Assembly (NCBI GenBank): GCA_035549575.1
Contig: DASZQP010000073.1
Location: forward strand, 26,644-90,643
DNA length: 64,000 nucleotides
Reading direction: 5' to 3'
From: Rhizomicrobium sp.
GTDB taxonomy: Bacteria; Pseudomonadota; Alphaproteobacteria; Micropepsales; Micropepsaceae
Of this stretch, positions 1 through 9,762 are shown piece after piece. Made by a program: the position numbers and the translations under genes. The notes beneath the pieces are model-generated. The model ran no database searches, was not told the DNA's origin, and worked only from the letters and a program-made list of their open reading frames with translations. Within the stretch, counting starts at the first letter, position 1. Each line of letters opens with the position of its first letter.

Positions 1-1
1 G

Positions 2-400
2 ATCCTGTCCGCATTCGGCCTGATGGCAGTGGCAACGGTTGCGAAGGCGTCACGATCGTCGACGGAATTCGTCCTTGTCCGGGCCAAGAATTCCTCGGGC
101 ATGGCCACGGACATCCTCCTGAGCGTTCGCGAGGACCGCATACGCGCGCTCGAAATCAAGCCAGCGCCGCATGGTCGATCCGTGCCGACTTCCCCTTTCG
201 ATATCGAGGAGGTCATTGTGGACTCCGGCAATTTCACGCTTTCCCCTCTCGGGTCCCAGATCTTCACGGTCGGTTCCGGCTCCTTATGCGTGGAAAACGG
301 AACGGTGTCGCCCGAGCAATTCAAAAAGCTGTCGCCGGCGGGCTGGAACGAGGTCGGCGGCGCAAAGAACAAGTGTCTGGAAACCGGCTCCGGTGGATGA
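2..400 (+). CDS. small hypothetical (probably exported) protein; 5' end may lie outside the window
   Basis: ORF track 23..400, but the frame stays open back to base 2 (ILSAFGL precedes the first ATG). The hydrophobic N-terminus ...AFGLMAVATVAKA looks like a signal or anchor. Stop TGA 398-400 overlaps GTG 393 of the downstream radical-SAM gene (GTGGATGA). Has more A/T-ending codons than neighbouring genes. No family recognised. Confidence 0.4.
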   Translation: MLSAFGLMAVATVAKASRSSTEFVLVRAKNSSGMATDILLSVREDRIRALEIKPAPHGRSVPTSPFDIEEVIVDSGNFTLSPLGSQIFTVGSGSLCVENGTVSPEQFKKLSPAGWNEVGGAKNKCLETGSGG

Positions 401-1559
401 GTTCGTTTTCGTCGTAAAACTCTCCAAGTTCTGCAATCTTCGCTGCGCCTACTGCTACGAGCACCGCGAGCTTCATCTTCGCGAGAACATGACTCCGGGC
501 ACCCTCGAGCGGCTGTTCGCCGATGTCGATGGATTTGGCGCGCGGCTGCGGGAGATGGGAGTGTCGCCGGAGTTCTCCTTCGTCTGGCACGGCGGCGAGC
601 CCCTGCTGCTCGGGCGCGGCTACTACGAGCGGATTGCCGAACTGCAGCAAAGGCACATCCGCGATTTCCCCTGTCGCAACAGCGTCCAGACCAATCTGCA
701 CGGCATCGCCCGGGACTCGCTGGAATTCGTTCTGGATTCGGGATGGCACCTCGGCGTCTCCATCGATTTCGGCGCCGATGTCCGGGTCAATGCCGGAGGA
801 CGCGATTCCGGCGCTTCCGTCGTTGCCGCGGCAGAGAAGCTCCATGCCTCGGGCGCCCGCTTCGGCGCGATTTCGGTGCTCGGCGCGCACAATCGCGATA
901 CGCTCGCCGGCGCCTACGACTGGGTGGCGGCGTTCTCCGACGGCTGGCGCATCCTGCCGATGTTCGAGGGCGGACCCGAGGCGGGCATTTCCCGGCTGCA
1001 GCTGCCCGGGGAGGAGGTGATCCGCGTGTTCGCCGAACTCTTCGAGCGGCGCGCCAATTCGAACAGGCACATCCCCATCGCACCCCTCGACGACTACGTC
1101 AAATTCGCCACGCTCGGCATCGCCGGCCACCGCTCGCAGCCGGATCTCGAGCGCGATCTGCTGGACAACATATTCGTCGTCAATGTGAACGGGGACATCC
1201 ATACGCGCCCCTTCGCCTACGATCCCCAGCGCTGCCTCGGCAATATCAATCGCGACTCCATGGCCGAGATGGTCGAGGGCGCAGCCTACAGGGCCTGCCA
1301 GCGCGACATCCGGCAGCGGAAGAGTCTCAACTGCGCCTCCTGCGCGATGCTCGGATTCTGCGACACCTCTCCGATGCACGAGCACGGAACGGTCACGGGC
1401 GGCCGCTGCGTCGTGCCGCAAGGGTCGATGCTGGCACTCGAGCGGGCGCTGCTCGCGGGCGGCGTGGACAGGACCGTCGTCGCCGGATGGGCCCGCGAAT
1501 GGCTCGCGGGACACCGCGGGCAATTCGCGCCCGCCGCGTCCGAAGGCGATCGGTCCTAG
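393..1559 (+). CDS. radical SAM / SPASM-like domain protein (peptide or protein maturase class)
   Basis: CNLRCAYC (CxxxCxxC) lies about 15 residues after in-frame GTG 393. C-terminal Cys cluster RCLGNI...YRAC...NCASCAMLGFC...GGRC resembles the SPASM/twitch auxiliary Fe-S motif. The ORF-track extension 171..392 overlaps the upstream ORF and is Arg/Pro/Ser-rich, so it was not used. Confidence 0.85.
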   Translation: MDEFVFVVKLSKFCNLRCAYCYEHRELHLRENMTPGTLERLFADVDGFGARLREMGVSPEFSFVWHGGEPLLLGRGYYERIAELQQRHIRDFPCRNSVQTNLHGIARDSLEFVLDSGWHLGVSIDFGADVRVNAGGRDSGASVVAAAEKLHASGARFGAISVLGAHNRDTLAGAYDWVAAFSDGWRILPMFEGGPEAGISRLQLPGEEVIRVFAELFERRANSNRHIPIAPLDDYVKFATLGIAGHRSQPDLERDLLDNIFVVNVNGDIHTRPFAYDPQRCLGNINRDSMAEMVEGAAYRACQRDIRQRKSLNCASCAMLGFCDTSPMHEHGTVTGGRCVVPQGSMLALERALLAGGVDRTVVAGWAREWLAGHRGQFAPAASEGDRS

Positions 1560-3472
1560 CGGTCCGGCGGCCAGGCGTAGCCGTGATCGGGCGCATGGCC
1601 GATTTGCACCGCCTTCATCGTCCCGTTCGCGACCGGCCCGCGGGCGACGAGCGCATGCCCGACGGACGGCGGAGCCACCCTGTATCGCGCCGCGGCGGAT
1701 GCGGCGTCGATCGCGAGCGTCTTGCCGTCGCGCAGCTCCACCGTTAGCCGGTACCCGGAGATGCCGCGCACCGTTCCGCGTATCTCGTGCTCGCCCGGCG
1801 CCAGCTTGGCGCGCGTATCGACGATCGCGGGCGGGGGCGGCATCGCGGCGGCCTGCGCGCCGTTCTTCTTCAGGCCCCAGATGGTCAGCGACTTGACCGT
1901 CGCCACATAGACCTTTCCGTTCGCCACCACCGGAACGGTGTTGGAATCGCTGATCGAGTTGGTCCAGTACCCCGCATCGGCGACGAAGATCTGGCCGCCC
2001 TTTTCGGCGTCGAAGGCGTGGAGCTTGAGGACCTCCTGCCCGAAATCCGTGGGCCGGCCCATCGCCCAGACGATCTGCGTCCCCGCCCTGGTTCCGTTGG
2101 AGGAGACGCTTGTCAGGAAGCCCGGGAAATAGATGCCTTCCACCTGGCCCAGGGTCTTGTCGAGCGTGAGCGACGGCGTTCCTTTCGGATCGAGCTTGTA
2201 GACGCGGGCGTTGTTGCCGCCGCTGGTGACGATGCGCGGCTTGCCGTCGCTGGCCACGAAATAGGACGGCCCGCACCAGCACGGATCGCTGGTGACGTGG
2301 CTGTACTCCATCCCGCCGTTGGGCTGGCCGTTGCTGACGTCGTCGGCATTGAAGACATAGGTGACGGCGACCTTGCCCGTGGCGACGGCGAGATTGCTGG
2401 GCTGTCCCTTCTGCGGCGGGATCAACATGAATCCGCCTGCGCCGAAGTCCTGATCGTTCTGGTCCAGCACCTTCCAGCCGTGCTGCGCGTCCATCGGGGT
2501 GAACAGGTGCTTCACCCCCGAGAGGTCCGGCGGCATCTGCACGACGCTTTCCTCGATGTTGTTGACCGGATCGAAGGAGTCGCCTGCGTAGTCCGAATTG
2601 CCGGTGATGAAATAGACGTCGCCGGCGGCGCTCGCGGCCAGCCCGTATCCCGACATCCAGATCGCGCTCAGGAAGAAATTGTGCGTGGTATGCGCCCAGC
2701 TGTCGGTGAGCTCGTTGGCGGGCAGCGGCTTCAGGTTCTTCGCCTTCCAGCCGAGGATCCATCCGCGCGAGAGATTGGCGTCGTAGTCGCAGAAACTTCC
2801 GAAGCCCGCATAGAGCTTGCCCTTGGACAGAAGCAGGCCGGGCCGCTGGCGGCTTTCGTGGGGATTGAATTCGTAGGTAGTCCCGTCGGTCAGCTTGGCT
2901 CGGGCGGTGACGAGCCTCGGCTTGACCGTGTCCTGCAGCGTCGCCGGATCGAGCGCGTGCACGTGATAGACGGGCTTCTGCCCCTCGTAGGTGTAGGCGA
3001 TCAGGTAGATGGTGTGCGTCTGCGGATCCATCGTGGGCGTCGAGTTGATGCCGAGATTGGGGCCGCCGTTGGGGCACTGGCCGGGCAGGCTGGTGCGCGG
3101 CACGGGAGCGCCGAGATTGCGTTGAAGCAGCACTTCCCCCGTGTTGGCGTCGATCGCATAGACCGTGTTGGCCTCGGTCGCGATATAGACGACCTCGCGC
3201 GCCGTCTGGCCGTTGACCGACTGGCTGGACAGGACAAGCGGCTGGGCGTCGACCTGGTCGTCGAGCACGGTCGAGGCGATCATCTGGAATTGCGCGCTGG
3301 CGACATTGGCGGGCGTCAGCGTCTTTTCCTTCCTGTTCCACCCGGTGCGGAAATTGTCGTAGTGATAGGTCGTGATATCGACCGGCCTGGCGCCGGCCGC
3401 AGCCGCGAGCAATGCCGATGCGGCGAGCAGCGCCGCGCAGACGGCGGACCGCGCGATATTGGATGGACGCAC
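1556..3472 (-). CDS. exported PQQ-like (BamB/quinoprotein-type) beta-propeller repeat protein with extra C-terminal domain
   Basis: Repeated motifs of the type VVYIATEANTVYAIDANTGEVL. Start chosen at GTG 3472, preceded by GAGGGGG at 7 nt, which gives the signal peptide VRPSNIARSAVCAALLAASALLAAAAGA. The ORF-track start at 3598 would add a non-signal, Arg-rich leader. Confidence 0.72.
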   Translation of the reverse strand: MRPSNIARSAVCAALLAASALLAAAAGARPVDITTYHYDNFRTGWNRKEKTLTPANVASAQFQMIASTVLDDQVDAQPLVLSSQSVNGQTAREVVYIATEANTVYAIDANTGEVLLQRNLGAPVPRTSLPGQCPNGGPNLGINSTPTMDPQTHTIYLIAYTYEGQKPVYHVHALDPATLQDTVKPRLVTARAKLTDGTTYEFNPHESRQRPGLLLSKGKLYAGFGSFCDYDANLSRGWILGWKAKNLKPLPANELTDSWAHTTHNFFLSAIWMSGYGLAASAAGDVYFITGNSDYAGDSFDPVNNIEESVVQMPPDLSGVKHLFTPMDAQHGWKVLDQNDQDFGAGGFMLIPPQKGQPSNLAVATGKVAVTYVFNADDVSNGQPNGGMEYSHVTSDPCWCGPSYFVASDGKPRIVTSGGNNARVYKLDPKGTPSLTLDKTLGQVEGIYFPGFLTSVSSNGTRAGTQIVWAMGRPTDFGQEVLKLHAFDAEKGGQIFVADAGYWTNSISDSNTVPVVANGKVYVATVKSLTIWGLKKNGAQAAAMPPPPAIVDTRAKLAPGEHEIRGTVRGISGYRLTVELRDGKTLAIDAASAAARYRVAPPSVGHALVARGPVANGTMKAVQIGHAPDHGYAWPPDR

Positions 3473-3644
3473 GTCTGACCCCCTCGGAGACTTCGCGGGG
3501 ATATTAGCGCAGGCGATGCCGCCCGCCACGCGCTCCGCTTCGCGGGGCTCATCCCGTGCGCACGATGCTTGCGCGACGCCGCGGCGATTCGCTTTCATTC
3601 GGTCCGCGCTCGCTTATTTTGTTGCGCCGCGCTAAAGAGCGGCC

Positions 3645-5312
3645 ATGACCGACCGCATCCGCATTGCGCTCGCCCAGCTCAACCCGCTGATGGGCGACAT
3701 CGCCGGCAATCTCCGCAAGGCGCGCGCCGCGCGCGTGGAGGCGGCGAAGGCGGGCGCCGATCTCGTCCTATTCAGCGAACTGTTCATCGTCGGCTATCCG
3801 CCGGAGGATCTCGTGCTCAAGCCCGCGCTGCAGGACGACGCGCGCCAGGCCATCGAGAAGTTCGCGGGCGACACGGCCGACGGCGGCCCCGCGGTGCTGA
3901 TCGGCACGCCCTGGACGGAGGCGGGCAAGCTCTACAATGCCTGCGTCTATCTCGACGGCGGGACGATCGCCGGCAGGACGTTCAAGGTGGACCTGCCCAA
4001 CTACGGCGTGTTCGACGAGAAGCGCGTCTTCGCGCCCGGGCCGCTGCCGGGGCCGTTCGACATACGCGGCGTGCGCATCGGCATCCCCATCTGCGAGGAC
4101 ATCTGGACGCCGGAGATCGTCGAGTGCCTGAGCGAGACGGGCGGCGAGATTCTCCTGGTCCCGAACGGCTCGCCCTTCGAGGCCGGGAAGGAAGACGTGC
4201 GTCTGAACCTCGTCGCCGCGCGCGTGGCGGAAAGCGGGCTTCCGCTCGTCTATCTCAACCAGGTCGGCGGCCAGGACGAGATCGTGTTCGACGGCGCATC
4301 GCTCGCGGTGAACGCGGACGGCACGGTGGCCTGGGCGCTTCCGGCGTGGGAAGAGCAGGTCGCCGTCACCGAATGGACCCGCACGGCAAAGGGCTGGGTC
4401 TGCGCGCGCGGACTCGTCACGCCGGAAGAGGAGCGCTCCCAGTCGGTCTATCACGCGATGATGCTGGGGCTGCGCGACTATGTGGACAAGAACCGGTTTC
4501 CGGGCGTCGTGCTGGGGCTGTCCGGCGGCATCGACAGCGCGCTGTCGGCGGCGGTGGCGGTGGACGCGCTCGGCGCGGACCGCGTGCGCTGCGTGATGCT
4601 GCCGTCGCGCTATACCTCGCGCGAAAGCCTCGACGATGCGGCCGAGGTGGTGCGGCTGCTCGGCTGTTCCTACGAGACGATTCCGATCGAGCCCATGGTG
4701 GAAGCATTCGGCGCGACGCTGACGCCGACCTTCGCGGGAAGACGCGCGGACACGACGGAGGAGAACATCCAGTCGCGCATCCGCGGCGTGATCCTGATGG
4801 CGATCTCCAACAAGTTCGGCCCGATGGTGCTGACCACCGGCAACAAGAGCGAGATGAGCGTCGGCTATGCGACCCTCTACGGGGACATGTGCGGCGGCTA
4901 CAACGTGCTCAAGGACGTCTACAAGACCGAGGTGTTCCGGCTGGCGCGCTGGCGCAACCAGACCCATCCGCGGAACGCGCGCGGGCCCGAGGGCCGCGCA
5001 ATGCCGGAGCGCGTCATCGACAAGCCGCCGAGCGCTGAGCTGCGCGAGAACCAGAAGGACCAGGACTCGCTGCCGCCCTACGACATTCTCGACGGCATCC
5101 TGGAATGCCTGGTCGAGAACGAGATGACGTTCGAGGCGACCTGCGCGAAAGGCTATCATCCCGCGACGGTCAAGCGCGTGGAGCAGCTTCTCTACGTCTC
5201 CGAATACAAGCGCCGCCAGGCCCCGCCGGGCGTGAAGATCACCCGCAAGAGCTTCGGCCGCGACCGCCGCTATCCGATCACCAATGCGTTCAGAGATGCC
5301 AGAGATATCTAG
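3645..5312 (+). CDS. nadE: glutamine-dependent NAD+ synthetase
   Basis: N-terminal CN-hydrolase domain (IALAQLNP..., catalytic CEDIW) plus PP-loop motif GLSGGIDSAL and an NAD-synthase C-terminal domain; 555 aa. Confidence 0.95.
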   Translation: MTDRIRIALAQLNPLMGDIAGNLRKARAARVEAAKAGADLVLFSELFIVGYPPEDLVLKPALQDDARQAIEKFAGDTADGGPAVLIGTPWTEAGKLYNACVYLDGGTIAGRTFKVDLPNYGVFDEKRVFAPGPLPGPFDIRGVRIGIPICEDIWTPEIVECLSETGGEILLVPNGSPFEAGKEDVRLNLVAARVAESGLPLVYLNQVGGQDEIVFDGASLAVNADGTVAWALPAWEEQVAVTEWTRTAKGWVCARGLVTPEEERSQSVYHAMMLGLRDYVDKNRFPGVVLGLSGGIDSALSAAVAVDALGADRVRCVMLPSRYTSRESLDDAAEVVRLLGCSYETIPIEPMVEAFGATLTPTFAGRRADTTEENIQSRIRGVILMAISNKFGPMVLTTGNKSEMSVGYATLYGDMCGGYNVLKDVYKTEVFRLARWRNQTHPRNARGPEGRAMPERVIDKPPSAELRENQKDQDSLPPYDILDGILECLVENEMTFEATCAKGYHPATVKRVEQLLYVSEYKRRQAPPGVKITRKSFGRDRRYPITNAFRDARDI

Positions 5313-5360
5313 AGCAGCAACGTCCTTCTCCTCGTTCGAGGGGGCGGGGGAGGTACGGAC

Positions 5361-6698
5361 ATGACGACGCTCGTCCGTTTCGCGCCGTCGCCCACGGGAT
5401 TGCTGCATGTCGGCAATGCGCGGACGGCTGTCGTCAACTCGCTGTTCGCGCACAAGATGGGCGGCAGGTTCCTGCTGCGCATCGACGATACCGATGCCGA
5501 ACGGTCGAAGCCGGAATATGAAGCGGCAATCGTCGAAGACCTCGCATGGCTCGGGCTCACGCACGATCTCTTCGCGAGGCAGTCGGAGCGTGCCGTCGCG
5601 CATCGCGCTGCCGCCGAATCCTTGAAGGCAAGCGGCAGGCTCTATCCCTGCTACGAGACCGCGGCCGAGCTGGACCGCCGCCGCAAGCGGCAGATCGCGA
5701 CGCACAAGCCGCCGGTCTATGACCGCGCTGCGCTCGCGCTGACCGACGACGACCGCGCGAAGCTGGAGGCCGAAGGGCGCAAACCGCATTGGCGCTTCAA
5801 GCTCAGCCAGACCAAGGTGAAGTGGCGCGACCTGATCCGCGGCGAGGTGGAGATCGACACCGCGCATCTCTCGGACCCGGTGCTGATCCGCGAGGACGGG
5901 CGCTTCCTCTACACGCTGCCCTCGGTGGCGGACGATGCCGATTTCGCGGTCTCGCATGTCGTGCGCGGCGAGGATCACGTCACCAACACCGCGGCGCAGA
6001 TCGAGATCTTCGAGGCGCTTGGCGCCAAGGTGCCGGCGTTCGCGCATTTCCCGCTGCTGGTCGGATCGGGCGGAGAGGCGCTGTCGAAGCGCGCCGGCTC
6101 GCTCTCCCTGCGCGAGCTGCGCGAGGGCGGCATCGAGCCGCTGGCGCTCGCCTCCTATCTCGCCAGGACCGGAACGTCCGATCCCATCGAGCTGCGCCCG
6201 GCGCTCGAGGTGCTCGCGCACGAATTCGACTTCGCCAAGATCGGCCGCGCGCCCGCGCATTTCGACCCCGGCGAGCTGGAGGCGCTGAACGCGAAGCTGC
6301 TGCATTCGCTGCCGTATGAGGCTGTCGCCGCGCGCCTCGAGGCGATGGGCATCGGATGCGCCGCGCCCGTCTGGGACGCCATCAGGCCGAACCTCGCGCG
6401 CCTGTCCGACGCCGCCGATCTCGCGAGGCTGATAACCGGCCCCGTTACGCCCGTGATCGAGGACGCCGTGCTTGCGGCAAGGGCTTGCGAACTTCTCCCT
6501 CCCGAGCCATGGAACGAGGAAACCTGGGGCGCGTGGACCAGGGCCGTGGGTGCGGCCACCGGCGCAAAGGGCAGGGCGCTGTTCCATCCGCTCCGCCTCG
6601 CGCTTACCGGCCGCGAACAGGGACCGGAGCTGAAGAAGTTGCTGCCGCTGATCGGACGTGCGAAAGCGCTATCCCGCCTGAACGGACTTGCCGCGTGA
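5361..6698 (+). CDS. gltX: glutamate--tRNA ligase
   Basis: [18 protein letters not shown] (HIGH-type motif) and ALSKRAG (KMSKS-type motif). 445 aa, the short alphaproteobacterial form. Confidence 0.93.
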   Translation: MTTLVRFAPSPTGLLHVGNARTAVVNSLFAHKMGGRFLLRIDDTDAERSKPEYEAAIVEDLAWLGLTHDLFARQSERAVAHRAAAESLKASGRLYPCYETAAELDRRRKRQIATHKPPVYDRAALALTDDDRAKLEAEGRKPHWRFKLSQTKVKWRDLIRGEVEIDTAHLSDPVLIREDGRFLYTLPSVADDADFAVSHVVRGEDHVTNTAAQIEIFEALGAKVPAFAHFPLLVGSGGEALSKRAGSLSLRELREGGIEPLALASYLARTGTSDPIELRPALEVLAHEFDFAKIGRAPAHFDPGELEALNAKLLHSLPYEAVAARLEAMGIGCAAPVWDAIRPNLARLSDAADLARLITGPVTPVIEDAVLAARACELLPPEPWNEETWGAWTRAVGAATGAKGRALFHPLRLALTGREQGPELKKLLPLIGRAKALSRLNGLAA

Positions 6699-8032
6699 CC
6701 CAGCTTCGCCTCACCAACACGCTCACCCGCACGAAGGAAGACTTCGCGCCGCTCGATCCGAAAAACGTGCGCATGTATGTGTGCGGGCCGACGGTCTACG
6801 ATTATGCGCATATCGGCAACGCGCGGCCTGCCATCGTGTTCGATGTGCTGTTCCGGCTCCTGCGCCATCTCTACGGGCCGGCGCACGTCACCTATGTGCG
6901 CAACATCACCGACATCGACGACAAGATCAACGCGCGCGCGCAGGAACGCGCGAAGGGCCGCAACCTGCCGATCCTCGACGTTCTGCGCGAGCTGACCGAG
7001 GAAACCTACGGCATCTATCGCGATGACGTGTCGGCGCTGAACTGCCTCGAGCCCACCTTCATGCCGCGCGCGACGGAGAACGTGCCACGGATGATCGCCA
7101 TGACCGAGCGGCTGATCACGGAGGGTTATGCCTATGCCGCGGAGGGCCACGTGCTGTTCCGCGTCAAGAGGAAGGCCGACTACGGCAAGCTCGCGCGCCG
7201 CAGCGTGGACGACATGCTGGCCGGCGCGCGGGTGGATGTCGCGCCCTACAAGGAAGACCCGATGGACTTCGTCTTGTGGAAGCCGTCGGACGCGGCGACG
7301 CCGGGCTGGGACTCGCCCTGGGGCCGCGGCCGGCCGGGCTGGCATCTCGAATGCTCGGCGATGATCGAGGCGACCATGGGCGAGACCATCGACATCCATG
7401 GCGGCGGCATCGATCTGGTCTTTCCCCATCACGAGAACGAGATCGCGCAGAGCGAGGGCGCGCACCACGGCCATCCGCTGGCGCGGTACTGGCTCCACAA
7501 CGGCTTTCTCAATGTCGAGGGCGAGAAGATGTCCAAGAGCCTCGGCAATTTCGTCACCATCCACGATCTTTTGAAGGACTGGCCGGGCGAGGTTCTGCGC
7601 TTCAACATGCTGCGCACTCACTACCGGCAGCCCATGGACTGGACCGTCGCCGGCATGAAGGAGAGCTGGAATACGCTCGAGAAATGGTACGCCGTGACCG
7701 AGCCGCTTGCCGATCCGCCGGTCGGACGGGCGTTTCTCGATGCGCTGTGCGACGACCTTAACACCCCGCAGGCCATTGCCGAACTGCACAAGGGCGGCGA
7801 TCACGAACTGGCGGGCGGATTGGGCCTCCTCGGCTTCTCCAACGTCCAGGAGCGTATCGCGGCGCGGCCGCCGATTGACGTTGCGGAAATCGCAGACGCC
7901 ATCGCGGCCAGGAACGAAGCGCGCAAGGCACGGAACTTCGCGGAATCCGACCGCATCCGCGACGAGCTGCTCGCCAAAGGCATCGTGCTGAAGGACGGAC
8001 CCGGGGGGACGTCCTGGGACGTGAAACGGTGA
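6695..8032 (+). CDS. cysS: cysteine--tRNA ligase
   Basis: [36 protein letters not shown] (HIGN), [20 protein letters not shown] 6695 overlaps the gltX stop (GTGA). ORF-track extension 6356..6694 rejected. Confidence 0.93.
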   Translation: MTQLRLTNTLTRTKEDFAPLDPKNVRMYVCGPTVYDYAHIGNARPAIVFDVLFRLLRHLYGPAHVTYVRNITDIDDKINARAQERAKGRNLPILDVLRELTEETYGIYRDDVSALNCLEPTFMPRATENVPRMIAMTERLITEGYAYAAEGHVLFRVKRKADYGKLARRSVDDMLAGARVDVAPYKEDPMDFVLWKPSDAATPGWDSPWGRGRPGWHLECSAMIEATMGETIDIHGGGIDLVFPHHENEIAQSEGAHHGHPLARYWLHNGFLNVEGEKMSKSLGNFVTIHDLLKDWPGEVLRFNMLRTHYRQPMDWTVAGMKESWNTLEKWYAVTEPLADPPVGRAFLDALCDDLNTPQAIAELHKGGDHELAGGLGLLGFSNVQERIAARPPIDVAEIADAIAARNEARKARNFAESDRIRDELLAKGIVLKDGPGGTSWDVKR

Positions 8033-8135
8033 CGCGCGGGGTGTTTGGGTTTGCGTCCGCAACCGCCACGCTCCTGCATAGCCGCAATGCACTGTCCGGT
8101 GACGACGCGCGCGCCATCGTGGCTACATTGGACTC

Positions 8136-9047
8136 ATGAGCGCTGGTGCAGACGATCGCCGCGAAGAGGCGCTCGGCATTCTCTATGCCGGGGGCGCCTA
8201 TGTGCTGTGGGGATTCGTGCCGCTCTATTGGGCGCTGCTGGGTGGAACCTCGCCATTCGAAATCACCGCGCACCGCATTCTCTGGGGCGCGCTGTTCGCC
8301 TTGGGCGTAACGCTCGCGCGCGGCCGCATGGGGCCGTTTCGCGCCGTCTTCGCGAGCCGGGACACGCTCGGCGCGCTTGCGGCTTCCAGCGTCCTGATCG
8401 CGGTCAACTGGACGATCTATATCTGGAGCGTCTCGACCCATCAGCTCGTCGAGGCCAGCCTCGGCTACTACCTGACGCCGCTCGTCTCGATGGCGCTGGG
8501 CCTGCTCCTTCTCGGCGAGGAGATTTCGCGGCTGCGCATGGCGGCCATCGGGCTCGCGGCCCTGGCGGTGGCGGTGCAGGCGATCGAGCTCGGCCATGTG
8601 TCGTGGATCGCCCCGGCGCTCGCCGTGTCGTTCGGCTTCTACGGATTCCTGCGCAAGAAGACGGCGGTAGACGCGCTCGACGGCCTCGCGGTCGAGACCA
8701 TGATGATGCTGCCGGTGACGCTTGCGCTGATCCTCTACTGGGGCTGGAGCGGAACGGGCACGTTCGGCACCGGCCACGCCTGGCGCGACCTGCTGCTCGT
8801 CGGCGCCGGTCCGATCACCGCCGTTCCGCTCACCATGTTCGCCGCAGGAGCGCGGCGCGTGCGCATGACGACGCTGGGATTCCTGCAATACCTCGCCCCG
8901 TCGCTGACCCTGATCGTCGCCACCGTCTTCCTGGGCGAGCCGTTCACGCATACCGACGCGATCACCTTCGGCTTCGTGTGGAGCGCGCTGGCGCTGGCCG
9001 CGATCGACGGGCAGGTGGCGCGGCTACGCGCGCGCCGGGCGGCCTAG
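8136..9047 (+). CDS. rarD: EamA/RarD-family permease
   Basis: GILYAGGAYVLWGFVPLYW N-terminus typical of RarD; about 10 hydrophobic segments; 303 aa. Confidence 0.82.
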   Translation: MSAGADDRREEALGILYAGGAYVLWGFVPLYWALLGGTSPFEITAHRILWGALFALGVTLARGRMGPFRAVFASRDTLGALAASSVLIAVNWTIYIWSVSTHQLVEASLGYYLTPLVSMALGLLLLGEEISRLRMAAIGLAALAVAVQAIELGHVSWIAPALAVSFGFYGFLRKKTAVDALDGLAVETMMMLPVTLALILYWGWSGTGTFGTGHAWRDLLLVGAGPITAVPLTMFAAGARRVRMTTLGFLQYLAPSLTLIVATVFLGEPFTHTDAITFGFVWSALALAAIDGQVARLRARRAA

Positions 9048-9596
9048 ACGTTCGCGCAGCAGGTCGATCGCCTCTTCCGGCCGCTCCACGCGGCGGTAGA
9101 ACGAACGGATGTCGGGCCGCGCAAAACCTTCGGAGACGATGCGGGCGAGCAGCGCTTCGAGACTCGCGTAGAAGCCGGCGTGATCCACCAGGACGACGGG
9201 CTTCGGCAGCTCCCCCAGCTGGGCCGAGGTGATCACCTCGAAGAACTCGTCCAGCGTGCCGAGCCCGCCCGCCAGCACGACGAACGCGTCCGACTTCGAC
9301 AGCATGACCCGTTTGCGCTCCTGGAGGTCCGCCGTGAAAATCACCGATTCGTCCCGGGGAGAGGGCGGCTCGAGATAGCGCAGGAACTCGGGGAGGACGC
9401 CCGTGACCCTTGCGCCGGCCTCGCGCGCCGACCGCGCGACCTCGCCCATGAGACCGACATAGCCGCCGCCGAAAAGCAGGTCGAACCCGTGTTCTCCGAT
9501 GAGGGTGCCCATGCGGCGCGCGGCCGATGCGTGGGCCGCATCGCTCCCATGCGAGGAGCCGCAGAAGACGCAGACGACGGGATTGATATTGTCCAT
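9024..9596 (-). CDS. LOG-family protein (TIGR00730-type, cytokinin riboside 5'-monophosphate phosphoribohydrolase-like)
   Basis: MDNINPVVCVFCGSS..., GGGYVGLMGEV and LAGGLGTLDEFFE (PGGxGTxxE-type) motifs; 190 aa. This is only the 3' part of the 830-aa track ORF 9024..11516. Its 3' end overlaps rarD convergently by 24 nt. Confidence 0.9.
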   Translation of the reverse strand: MDNINPVVCVFCGSSHGSDAAHASAARRMGTLIGEHGFDLLFGGGYVGLMGEVARSAREAGARVTGVLPEFLRYLEPPSPRDESVIFTADLQERKRVMLSKSDAFVVLAGGLGTLDEFFEVITSAQLGELPKPVVLVDHAGFYASLEALLARIVSEGFARPDIRSFYRRVERPEEAIDLLRERLGRPARA

Positions 9597-9669
9597 GGAG
9601 CGAGCAGGGTTGCGGTGCAGGGAGCTTCTTCCTAAACAGGTTCGAACAGCAACACCACCGGAGGTTCGC

Positions 9670-9762
9670 GTGCCGCGCTGGCTTGTCACACTTTTGATCA
9701 TTGCCGTTGCGGCCACCGTACTGGGTTTCGTGATGTTCGTCCCCGGAGTGTGGGGGCACTGA
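9670..9762 (+). CDS. candidate 30-aa single-TM micro-protein, translationally coupled to the ABC exporter
   Basis: GTG 9670 is preceded by GGAGG (9660-9664) at 5 nt. Product is VPRWLVTLLIIAVAATVLGFVMFVPGVWGH. Stop TGA 9760-9762 overlaps ATG 9762 of the ABC gene (TGATG). Confidence 0.35.
   Translation: MPRWLVTLLIIAVAATVLGFVMFVPGVWGH

Noticed and set aside
171-392. N-terminal extensions offered by the ORF track for several genes (171-392 rSAM; 6356-6694 cysS; 17416-18624; 38976-39299 gspF; 39566-40513 gspG; 41679-42365 gspL; 42434-43399 gspM; 34420-34812 and 36069-36164 sulfotransferases)
   Set aside because: In each case the extension overlaps the well-supported upstream gene in another frame and is Arg/Pro-rich. 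A start codon at a 1-4 nt overlap or with an SD sequence gives a product that begins where family conservation begins.
1556-1559. Convergent genes sharing a CTAG, so that both stop codons (TAG/TAG) overlap
   Set aside because: It is real but trivial. It leaves no room for a terminator, has no further implication I can support, and is not reported as a finding.
321-3341. 1006-aa minus-strand ORF spanning the radical-SAM gene and the propeller gene region
   Set aside because: Its composition is extreme (Arg/Ala/Gly/Pro-rich) with no motifs. It lies antisense or out of frame to two ORFs with clear family signatures. This is a typical high-GC long-ORF artefact.
3768-6587. 939-aa minus-strand ORF antisense to nadE and gltX (similar case: 6155..8092 antisense to cysS)
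   Set aside because: It overlaps genes with unmistakable catalytic motifs on the other strand. It is Arg/Gly/Ala-rich and low-complexity, with no start context.
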